DNA from: Octopus vulgaris
Taxonomy: Eukaryota
Length of the DNA: 64,000 nt
Direction of reading: 5' to 3'
Assembly: GCA_951406725.2 (NCBI GenBank)
Contig: OX597814.1
Span: forward strand, 173,910,001-173,974,000
Under the pieces are notes generated by a model. It was not told where the DNA came from. It was given only the letters and a program-made list of their open reading frames with translations, and ran no database searches. How positions within the stretch are numbered: position 1 is the stretch's first letter; every line of letters starts with the position of its first letter. Positions 1 through 10,249 of the stretch are shown one piece after another. Made by a program: the position numbers and the translations under genes.

Positions 1-743
1 ATAATCCGTGGCCCCTACCTGGGACGTAGTCAGTCCACCTGTGCATACCTTCCTTCTTGTGACACTTGTGAAGACCTGTTGAGGCAAGTGAGAATCGAAT
101 CGTATCAAATCAAATCGAACCAAATCAAAATAGATGTACATCAATGGAATTTGTATCCTTGTGGTACCAGTGCCGGTGGCACATAAGAAAACCATCCGAA
201 CGTGACCGTAGCCAGTACCGCAATGACTGGCCTCCGTGCTGAGGGCACGTAACAAACACCATCCGAGCGTGGCCGTCCGCCAGCCTCGTCTAGCACCTGT
301 GTCGGTGACACATAAGAAAACACCATCCGAGCGTGGCCGTCTGCCAGCCTCGTCTGGCACCTGTGTCGGTGGCACATAAAAAACACCATCCGAGCGTGGC
401 CGTCTGCCAGCCTCGTCTGGCACCTGTGTCGGTGGCACATAAAAAACACCATCCGAGCGTGGCCGTCTGCCAGCCTCGTCTGGCACCTGTGTCGGTGGCA
501 CATAAAAAACACCATCCGAGCGTGGCCGTCTGCCAGCCTCGTCTGGCACCTGTGTCGGTGGCACATAAAATCACCCACTACACTCTCGGAGTGGTTGGCG
601 TTAGGAAGGGCATCCAGCTGTAGAAACACTGCCACATCTGACTGGCCTGGTGCAGCCTTCGGGCTTCCCAGACCCCAGTTGAACCGTCCAACCCATGCTA
701 GCATGGAAAGCGGACGTTAAACGATGATGATGATGATGATGAT
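1..743 (+). mobile_element. 3' end (UTR) of an RTE-clade LINE with an internal tandem array and (GAT)n tail
   Basis: Shares the terminal domain gagtggttggcgttaggaagggcatccagctgtagaaac...ggacgttaaac(gat)n with copies at 1828, 12194, 35352 and 53958. The 1828 copy links the family to the RTE ORF end. Confidence 0.8.
257..570 (+). repeat. 63-bp minisatellite, about 5 units, within the LINE 3'UTR
   Basis: Unit caccatccgagcgtggccgtctgccagcctcgtctggcacctgtgtcggtggcacataaaaaa starts at 257, 321, 384, 447 and 510. Confidence 0.95.
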
Positions 744-854
744 ATATATATTTATGCATCATGGTTTATTTTTCTTTTTTGTGAATGGTTAAAAAGAAGT
801 AAGTTTTGCTTTAGTGAACCAAGTGAACTGTTTGACCTGGTTTTTTATTTCCAG

Positions 855-872
855 TTTCAGATACTTCACGAG
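855..872 (+). other. Candidate 18-nt microexon (12 nt from the alternative AG at 859-860)
   Basis: ttttttatttccag|TTTCAGATACTTCACGAG|gtaaaa. Frame-preserving and open in all three frames, with GCATG just downstream. Confidence 0.3.
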
Positions 873-1169
873 GTAAAAGCATGAACGTCACAACTTTTTA
901 TCTTCCCTTTATAGTTAGTTATTCAGACTAGTCTGTTATGTTTATTATGAGATCTGTTTTCTTTCTTTATTTTTCTCAATCAGTGATTAAAAAACAATAA
1001 ATTCTTTCTGGGTTTTTTTAGCAAACATACCATTGATCATCATCATCATCATCATTTTGCATCTGCTTTCCATGCAGGCATGAGTTGTTTCTATGACTTG
1101 ATGCACTTCCTAAAACAAAGCCCTTAGAGTTGAGAGGGTTCTATGTTGTTCTGCTCATTCACCATCTAT

Positions 1170-1484
1170 AACAGGTTACAGTGACAAATGTTCCAGTTGA
1201 TCCGGTCAATGGAAAAGCCTACTTGTGAAATTAATATGCAAGTGGCTGAGCACTCTACAAAAATGTGTACCCTTAATGTAGTTCTCAGGGAGATTCAGTG
1301 TGACACAGAATGTGACAAAGCTGGTCCCTTGAAATACAGGCTCTACTCATTTTTGCCAGCTGAGTGGACTGGAGCAACATGAAATAAAGTGTCTTGCTCA
1401 AGGACACAACATGCTGCCAAGTATTGAACTTATGACCTTATGATCATGAACCAAATACTTCTAACCACTAAGCCACGCACCTTC
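1170..1484 (-). mobile_element. tRNA-headed SINE, family D
   Basis: Reverse strand reads gtggcttagtggttag (A box)...gttcaatact (B-box-like)...ccttgagcaagacacttt. Related copies at 6745-6907(-), 16438-16752(+) and 28313-28565(+). Confidence 0.8.
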
Positions 1485-1827
1485 TATATTGTAGAGTATA
1501 TTAGATGCATGTTATCATGGCACCAGCACGAGCGTAGTTGTCTTGTGGCCCACAAGCCTAAGCAGTACTCACTGTTTTATACTGCCTAGTGTAGGAGAAA
1601 GAAGTAGAATAAGATTGTGAAAGAAGAGAAAGTTTGGTAGCAGACACACAGGTTTGAGAGGAGTGATTACATAATTCTTATTCTTTAATTGATATTATGT
1701 TCTGCACTCTCCTTACACTATACTCTAACCCATGAGTATATTGACTTCTGACAACTGGTTATTAGTATTGCCACGCCTAAGTAAAATCATAACATGTGTG
1801 TGTACACACATAAATACATACATATAT

Positions 1828-2494
1828 CATCATCATCATCATTTAACGTCCGCTTTCCATGCTAGTATGGGTTGGGCGATTTGACTGAGGACTGGTGAGC
1901 CAGAAGGCTGCACCAGGCTCCAATCTGATCTGGCAGAGTTTCTACAGCTGGTTGCCCTTCCTAACGCCAACCACTCTGAGTGTGTAGTGGGTGCTTTTAC
2001 GTGCCACCGGCACGAGGGACAGTCAGGCAGTACTGGCAACAGCCATGCTCAAATGGGGTTTTTTACGTGTCACCTGCACAGGAGTCAGTCCAGCGGCACT
2101 AGCAATGACCTTGCTCGAATGTTTTGTTCACATGCCACCGCCACAAGTGCCAGTAGGGCGACACAGGTAACGATTATGCTCAAATGGTGCTTTTTACATG
2201 TCACCAGCACAGAGGCCAGTTTGTTGCTCTGGCAACGATCACGCTCATATGGTACTCTTAGTGCTCCACTAGCATGGATGCCAATTGAATTTGATTTTGA
2301 TTTCGATTTTACTTGCCTCAACAGGTCTTCGCAAGCAGAGTTTAGTGTCCAGTGAAGGAAAGGTAAGCATAAGTGAGCTGGTTACACCCCTGGCATAGGC
2401 CACGAGGTTATGGTCTCATTTGTCCTTGCCAAGTCTTCTCAAGTGCAGCATATTTCCAAAGATCCCGGTTACTAGTCATTGCCTCAGTGAGGCC
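1828..2494 (-). mobile_element. 5'-truncated RTE LINE (ORF end plus 3'UTR) with a ~52-56 bp target-site duplication
   Basis: (CAT)n tail at the left end. The right end matches the RTE ORF C-terminal DNA at 49080-49200. Flanks 1774-1825 and 2495-2550 are a near-identical direct repeat. Confidence 0.85.
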
Positions 2495-3673
2495 CGCCTA
2501 AGTAAAATCATAACGTGTGTGTGGGTGTACACACATGAATACATACATATTTATATAGATAGATACACACACACACACACATAAACTTTGTCATTCACTG
2601 ATTTAGCACAACCACCTATCACCTTGGGTGCCTTTATTGGAATCCACAGTGTTGCAGGCATTTGAGTCAGGTCTCCAGTTTAGAGAGTCCTTCATCTCTC
2701 CCTTCCACCAGTCTTAGAAACCCTGAAAACATCATGGACCTTCCATACTGACTATAAGATGTTACACACACATTTAATTGGTGAATGTTGTTAGTTTCCC
2801 TTTGTTGTAGTGGTTATCACTTGTAGACATCTGTTCCGTTAGTAGATATGTAGTTAACTTCCTATAGGTGATTCTAACCATTTTTTTATCTCTCATTCTA
2901 AGGGGTATTATTTGATATTCTATGCACTGTTATTTATTTATAGTTCAGCTGTTTTTGAGCTTCTTATTTCAAACCCCCCCACCACCACCACAGACACTTA
3001 TATATATGTGTAAAAACACACACACACACACACACGCATATATATATTGTATCATATTGTATTTATTATATTATATATTCAGCTCTTATTGAAATTGCTT
3101 TTTAATTACTTTAAATAAATGAGGAGATAAGGTGACATTTTACGATTACTTGCAACTCTGCCGGTTTGTATTGTGTGGTGCATACACACACATTAATGCA
3201 ATTGCATTCTATGAATAATGCAGAATGTTCAGGGAACTGTTTCGGGGTGGAGGTGGGAGGAAGATTTTTCCCTTTTTTTACATATATATATTCTGAGTTT
3301 TTATCCTTTTTTGTTTGCAAATTCGCAATTTTTTTCTTATTGGAATTCTTGATCTATTTTGATGATTTGTGTTGTTCTCTTTTATTTTCTTTCTTTTTTT
3401 TTTTATTATATTAATGTTTGTGTTTTGGAAATCAATGCCATCTTTTGGGAAGGAAGAAGATGTGTTGTGTTGTATGAAGAATATTCAAGACACTTGTGAT
3501 GAACTTTTCTTAAATGGCACAGAAAAAAATGTGAAATTATTCTTTATGCCAGTTATCATGTATATTTATTTGTTTGGTTGTTGTTCTTGTTGTGGTGGCA
3601 GTGGCAGTGGTGATGGTGATAATGATGATAGTAGCAATGTGAAATGGTGGTGGTGGCTATGGCAGCAACAGCA

Positions 3674-3882
3674 GCCGTTCAAGAATTTGGACCTGGAGAT
3701 CTCCATTTCCAGCAACTTTGAGGGCCACCTCCCAGTGGTGTTGAGCGTTAATGAAGAGCCCTCGACTACAACAAGGCGACCAAAGTTTTTTTTTTTCCCA
3801 AGGTCTGGGGTCTCCCTCCCCTAAGCCCTAGACCATTACCTAATCACCCTTACCCGTCTTGTTGCTTAACAACAACAACAAC
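3674..3882 (+). mobile_element. ~210-bp retroposon with an (AAC)n tail and no tRNA head (copy 1)
   Basis: Closely similar inverted copy at 51032-51246 with the same 5' end GCCGTTCAAG. Confidence 0.85.
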
Positions 3883-4469
3883 AGCAGCAATGGTGACTGT
3901 TGTTCTAGCGGTGATGGTGTGCAAGTCAGTTTTGCCTGGGTTGTGATTCTGAAAAGAAAAAAAAAAAAAAGAGCAAGATGTTGGGTGGGAGTAACAATGA
4001 TATGTATATTTATAAATGAAAGAGAAAATTTAAACAAAAAATTTGAATGAAAAGGAGTAGAAGGAAGTGAATGAGTGAAAATGAAAGGATGAGGATGAAA
4101 ATAAAAGAAAGAGAGAAAGCAAGAATGTTATTGGTATACATTGGTTAATAAGTTTTCTACAAAGATACGATATTGGTATACTGTAGTTGGAAAATATTGT
4201 ACAAATATTTAATGTTAGTATAGTTAATTCATAAGGTGTCTACAAATATTTATTTAATGTTATTTGTATTTTTATCTTTTACTTGCTTCAATCATTGAAC
4301 TGCAGCCACCCTGGGGCACCATCTTTAATGGTTTAGTTGAACAAATCAACCCCAGTACTTTTTTTAAAAGTCTGCTACTTATTCTGCCTGTCACTTTTGC
4401 TGAACCACTAAGTTACAGTTACAAGGATGTAAATAAACCAACACCAGTTGTTAAGTGATGCTGGGAAGA

Positions 4470-4549
<80 letters not shown>

Positions 4550-4861
4550 CACACACAGAGTAAGCTTCCACTCAGTATCTGTCTAGCAAATTTACTCACA
4601 AAACATTGGTCATCCTGGGACTATAATTGAAAACATTTGACCAAAATGCTGCACAGTGGGACTGAACCTGAAATCTCATGGTTTAAAAGTCAGCTTTTAA
4701 ACCACGTCTGCAGTTATGTAGTATAGTTAGTTTATAAATGTTGACAAAGATGTAATATTTGATATACATTACTTAATAAGTAATCTACATATAGTGTCTT
4801 ATAACTACTCTTCAAAAGATTTAAATTAGTGTACTTGGCTTACAATTAATCTACAAATATA

Positions 4862-5256
4862 GGCACAGGAGTGGCTCTGTGGTAGGTAGCTTGCTTACCA
4901 ACCACATGGTTCCAGGTTCAGTCCCACTGCGTGGCACCTTGGGCAAGTGTCTTCTACTATAGCCTCAGGTCGACCAAAGCCTTGTGAGTGGATTTGGTAG
5001 ATGGAAACTGAAAGAAGCCCATCGTATATATGTGTATGTATATATATATATATGTATGGGTGTCTGTGTTTGTCCCCCCAACATCGCTTGACAACCGATG
5101 CTGGTGTGCTTATGTCCCCGTAACTTAGTCGTTCGGCAAAAAAGACCGATAAATAAGTACTAGGCTTACAAAGAATAAGTCCTGGGGTCGATTTGCTTGA
5201 CTAAAGGTGCTGCTCCAGCATGGCCACAGTCAAATGACTGAACCAAGTAAAAGAGT
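4862..5256 (+). mobile_element. tRNA-headed SINE, family A (full length)
   Basis: gtggctctgtggtagg A box, ggttcagtccc B box, ccttgggcaagtg core, internal (TA/TG)n, 3' end aaatgactgaaccaagtaaaagag. Other copies at about 4276-4708(-), 10948-11372, 17191-17573(-), 20245-20590, 25775-26255(-), 29145-29420, 37725-38110(-), 42915-43270(-), 50140-50485(-) and 54705-55080(-). Confidence 0.9.
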
Positions 5257-5834
5257 AGATATAGTTATTAAATCCTGTTCACATGAACAGTCTGGTAGTG
5301 CAAATCCACATATTTTGTTCAGTAATGCCTTTATAGTTACCAGCCTCTCTAGATTTTGCCAACCGGGGATGTCTGGACTATGTTCACTGAAAGTAGTTAT
5401 ATAATTAAACTTAATTTTACATGATCTCTTTTGTTGGAAGCTTCCACAACAAATTAACTCATTCATAAGACATCTGCCTCTAAGAGAATTCTCATTTTGA
5501 CAGAATTGTAAGCTTTTTTTTTTCCTTCTTTCTTCCTTTAGTTTCTTTGCCTTTTCTTTTTTGTGTCTTAACTTTTGCTTTAATTCATCTGCCCTTTTCT
5601 TTCTCTTTTATATTACCCTGCTTCTTTTTTTTCCTTTCTTAATATTTATAAATATGATGATTATCATCATCATTGTCATCATCACCATCATCATCATGAG
5701 CCATCTGACATCACATTTACTTCATTCTGATAATTCAGTAAAAGCTTTTATCAAAGAATACAGAATCAGACAGGATCACTCTACACAGCATGCTACACAG
5801 TACAGGGTGAAGAAGTTAAACTATTTATTAAATC

Positions 5835-5870
<36 letters not shown>

Positions 5871-6009
5871 GAGTTTGATGGATGTGTGAACATGTGAAGA
5901 TTTTGTACAGATATGAATGGAGGTATAAATCTGTTTAAAGTATATAGCTCTATGGCAAAAGATAGATGGATGCATGTATGGCAAGTATGCAGTTGGTGTA
6001 TATGTGTGG

Positions 6010-6648
6010 TTATGTTATGTTAGGGCCTCCGTCGGTCATGGCTGACCATGGATGAGGTCATCCGTCCGTTGAGTTGTCTATTCAGTTTTTGCAACGCCTC
6101 CTGTAGCTGTAGCGACCGATGCGAGAGTGGCAGTCTTGTTTGCAGAGGTCATATCTATACGTTAAATCTATACGTTGACTGTCATTTCTTTTCTGCGGGT
6201 TTGGTTTTCAGCTGCCGCCACCCTCAATTTCTCTTCGCTGGTCTGCAGTTGTTTGTGAAAAGTGCCTCTCCAGATGGTTCAGTTGGCTGTGAGATCCTCC
6301 CAGGAATTGGTGTTGATGTCAAGTGCCTTCATATCCCTCCTGCACACGTCCCTGTACCTCAGCTTCAGGTGGCCAATGTTTCTCCACCCTGCGACAAGTT
6401 CTAGCTCTCCAAAGAGGACATCCTTTGGGATCCTGCCATCCTCCATATGGTGAACATAGCCAAGCCAGTGCAGCCGACGTTGTCTTAGCAAGGTGAGCAT
6501 GGTGGGGAGGCTAGGACGAGACAGAATGTCAGTATCAGTTACTTTGTCTTGCCAGGAGATGCCAAGTATATGTCGGAGACTTCTGAGGTGGAAGGTGTTT
6601 AGCCATTTCTCCTGGCAGGCGTACATGGTCCATGTCTAGCTGCCGTAT
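6010..6648 (-). pseudogene. 5'-truncated RTE/BovB-like LINE: degenerate ORF C-terminus plus short 3'UTR
   Basis: Translation LNTFHLRSLRHILGISWQDKVT...RQRRLHWLGYVHHMEDGRIPKDVLFGEL...RYRDVCRRDMKALDI, then a C-terminal zinc-finger remnant (DLCKQDCHSRIG). In-frame stops are present, with a (TAACA)n tail. Confidence 0.92.
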
Positions 6649-7224
6649 GTGTGATATTGATTATATATTTGTATGGGTTAGTTCACATTACTCTATGAGG
6701 AGCATGGGGTTGGTTTCTTGGTTTCTCTAACATATATATTCCTCTCTGGATGGGACACCAATCTGTTATCGGATTACTGAGTGGACTGGAGCAGCATGAA
6801 CTGAAGTGTTTTACTCAAGAACACAATACATCACCTTGTCCAAGAATCAAACCCAAAATCTGACAATCATGAGTTCAACACCCTAACCACTAAGCCATGC
6901 ACCTCCACTTATATATGAATAGGCACATGAATTTTTTTGTGAGTGTATGTATATGTGTATTGAAGGATCTGTGAGTATACTTGTAGATATGGGTGGATAT
7001 ACATGCTTTCATGAAGGTGGAAGGATGTATATACATTTGTTGGTTTAACACATGTATATCTATGTGTGGAATTGTATACATAAAAAATGTCCAGCTATAT
7101 TGACCAATTTACATATATAATGCATTCTTGGTAGATTGTCTAGTTAATGAATTAATGTTTTATTTCTATGCTAAACTGTTCTTCAATATATATAGAGAGA
7201 GAGAGATTTTAGCCAGCATTCATA

Positions 7225-7619
7225 AGAGCAGGTATGACTGTGTGGATAAGAAACTTGCTTCCCAACCATGGTTCAATCCCACTGCATGGCACCATGGGCA
7301 AGTGTCTTCTACTATAGCCACAAGCCCACCAAAACTTTGTGAGTAGGTTTCATAGATGAAACTGAAAGAAGCCAGAGTGTGTGTGTGTGTATCCTTGTTT
7401 AGACATCGCATTATGGTTGTAAATGAACAATCATCATTACACAAGTGAGGTTGTTCATCTGAAGTCTTCGGGGAAAATATTACCTTACTTGGAAACAAGT
7501 GAGAACTGGTGAAAAGAAGGGCATCCGTGTGTAGAAAATCTGCTTCAACAAAGTTCATCTGACTCATGCAATTGTGGAAAAGCAGACAGTAAAATGATGA
7601 TGATGATGATGATGATGAT
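7225..7619 (+). mobile_element. SINE family G: family-A tRNA head plus RTE-type 3' end with (GAT)n tail
   Basis: Head as in family A up to the internal (TG)n, then ...gaagggcatccgtgtgtagaaaatctg...catgcaattgtggaaaagcagacagtaaaat(gat)n. Other copies at 24298-24670, 46798-47158 and 28994-29145(-). Confidence 0.75.
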
Positions 7620-8404
7620 ATTTGTATATTTTAGCCAACACTGTATGTAATAAACAGATGCAGGGATCTTGATTTTATAATTACTTTCATGGAGAAGAAA
7701 AGATGAAATCATAATAAAGATTACCACCAGTCCAGCTGATCCCTCCTTTTCCATCTACAGTAGTAGTATATAAATTAAATTATGACCATCCAGTGTATTG
7801 AATTGAGTTTCATTTACATATGCACTGATAGCTGAAACCTATAGGTTTATTCTATACTATAGAATATAGCATGCAAAAATTTCTAACGTATCAGTAATTG
7901 CTTAATCAATTTAGCTGCCTAGAATGTATTATCGATGCAAATAAATTTGATTTAGTAAAGTCCTTAACTATAAACAAGATAATAGTTACTAAATATAGAA
8001 TGTCTTCTTTATCTCCTTTTTTCTTTTCTTCTTTCTTATTTTTCCACCTTTTGTCTTTTGGGTTTTTTTTTCTTTTTTAATGTCTTTTGATGGTTATAAA
8101 TACTAGAGAAGTCATTTTAGACATCATGAGCTAATTTCTAATTCACAATTCATGAATCAAAATTCTGGGTGGTATTTTCCCAGTTTGAGGTATTTGGACA
8201 ATAGTGAGGCCTTTCAGGCTTTTTCAGACTACTAGATAATTATAACTGAGTGAGGCAACTTGGGCAAGTGTGTACTACAAGTGTGTCTTTTTCTCTCGCA
8301 AGCCTTGTCTGAAATATTTGGTAGATGGAAATTGTGTGGAAACTTCTGAGATTGTACCTGTTCTTGGGTGGTAAATTTTATCTGCTACTCAGTTTTACTA
8401 CTAC

Positions 8405-8725
8405 AACATAGCCTTTGGACCATGTCAATCATGTGAATCTCCTATTGAAACTTCATGACTTTGATCACTACATCTCTTGGATCAGTAGCTTCCTATCAAA
8501 CTGCAGTATTACAGTGTGTTGATGGAATTCTTTCTGTTCCTCAATGTAGCAACCCTGGCATGCCCCAGGATTCAGTTTTTGACTTTACCCGCTTCCTTCT
8601 CCAACCTGCATCATCCACTTGCATCTGGACACTATATGCCAAACCCTATATTGATTCCATGAATGGAGACTTTGAAAACATCCTCCAATGGGAATATGCC
8701 AATCTTGTCTCTTTCAACAGCTTCT
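8405..8725 (+). pseudogene. Degenerate CR1/Jockey-group reverse transcriptase fragment
   Basis: Motif remnants AF-DHVNHVNLLLKL, VDGILS..NPGMPQDSVF (resembles SGVPQGSVL) and NGDFENILQW..NLVSFN. Confidence 0.7.
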
Positions 8726-9576
8726 ACTTATTTTTTTTTTTGTCCAAAGTACTTAACAAAAGAGTTACCTGTAGATTCTTTTGTATTAAATGATTGTGAT
8801 AAAATATTAAAAAAAAAGTTTTTTCCAACCATTGGTGGGGCATACATTTTCTTGGTAAGTTATAGCGGGGCCTGGAAGAAAAATAAGTTGAGAAACACTG
8901 TTCTAGATGTATGATAACTGGCTGAACCCACAAACTTCTAACTATATTAGTAGACTTCCACACTACATTCTACTCAATGAACTGGTAACTCTTGCCGTAT
9001 TGAAGAATTCTACTTGTATGCTGGATCGGAGTGTTTCTGTTTTTGAAGTATGCACCAGTTACACAGTTATTATAGGTTTCTTAAAATATTTCAACTTATC
9101 TCAGTAGGGCAAATGCAATAACAATAAAATACATAAGTAGATAATGTTCTAAACTTTTAACAAAAGGTCACAGTCAAGTCCATACCATTGTGTTGTTACA
9201 CCTTTAAACAACAAAGATTACTCATTTCAGTCATTTCAGCTGTAAAATGGAAATCATTCTTCATGGTTGAATATTTAATGACACATTGTGCAACCAGTTG
9301 TAAGAAAATTGCTCCAGAATGTTAGTAGGCTTATTAACTTCATCTTTTATGTACATAACTAAACAAAGACAATAAATAAAGAAATAGTAATTTTTATCTG
9401 TTTCACTTCCATTTTTTTCATCATGGTATGGTTTAAGTGGGTTTGTTGGATCAGTTAATTTGTTTTAGCTTGATTCCCTTCTTTCTGTTAACCACTAAAG
9501 AAGAAACAGAAAAAATGGAACCCAGTTTAGGCCATTCAAACTGGAGCAATTAGCTTTACTATATTTATTTGAGAAA

Positions 9577-9808
9577 AAGGCAGCGAGCTGGCAGAAACAT
9601 TAATGTGCCGGGCGAAATGCTTAGCGGTATTTCGTCTGTCGTTATGTTTTGAGTTCAAATTCCGCCGAGGTCGACTTTGCCTTTCATCCTTTCGGGGTCG
9701 ATAAATAAAGTACCAGTTTCACACTGGGGTTGATGTAATCGACTTAATCCGTTTGTCTGTCCTTGTTTGTCCCATCTATGTTTAGCCCTTGTGGGCCGTA
9801 AAGAAATA
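9577..9808 (+). mobile_element. SINE family E with a 17-bp TSD
   Basis: aaggcagcgagctggcagaa...gagttcaaattccgccgaggtcgactttgcctttcatcc. TSD tatatttatttgagaaa at 9560-9576 and 9809-9825. Confidence 0.9.
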
Positions 9809-9940
9809 TATATTTATTTGAGAAATTTATTACAAAAATATCAGGATCAAAATTAGAGGGGAGCATTGCACTCAAGTGTAAGGAGAAAGAGAAAGGGAGA
9901 GGGAGAGATTATTAATATTTTGATGCAAAAAAAAGAAGAT

Positions 9941-10249
9941 TGGAGATGTACTTGCTTAGCAAGTGACCTGATCTGAGGTCATGTGCTGGAACGAAAACAA
10001 TTGCAGCATGGAAGGTGTTTATAAGCCATTTAAGAAACACACAAAATCCGTTAGATTCACTTCAACATTTAAATTTAATTTGTCAAAATATTTTCGCCGC
10101 TTTGAGACTGCAACCTGTTCACTGACAAAATTCCTTGCTGCACAGAATTTTGTCAGTGAACAGGTCGCGGTCTCAAAGCGATGAAAATATTTTGGCAAAT
10201 TAAATTTAAATGTTGAAGTGAATCTAATGGATTTTGTGTGTTTCTTAAA
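9941..10249. mobile_element. Penelope-like element terminal fragment in inverted (foldback) arrangement
   Basis: ~105-bp inverted arms (10029-10133 and 10145-10249), each containing a minimal type I hammerhead fold. Confidence 0.7.
10149..10199 (+). ncRNA. Minimal type I hammerhead ribozyme, G3:C8 core variant (mirror copy 10079-10129 on -)
   Basis: tttgtca-GTGAACA-g-GTCGC(ggtctcaaa)GCGAT-GAAA-atat-TT-tggcaaa. 7-bp stem I, 5-bp stem II, palindromic stem III. Confidence 0.65.

Noticed and set aside
141-704. Repetitive ORFs of 94-187 aa and a CRISPR-like periodic array
   Set aside because: A 63-bp (21-codon) tandem repeat with no unique spacers inside a LINE 3'UTR. There are no cas genes and the context is eukaryotic.
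3369-3824. 151-aa ORF
   Set aside because: Low-complexity sequence running into a dispersed repeat, with no recognisable domain or good splice donor.
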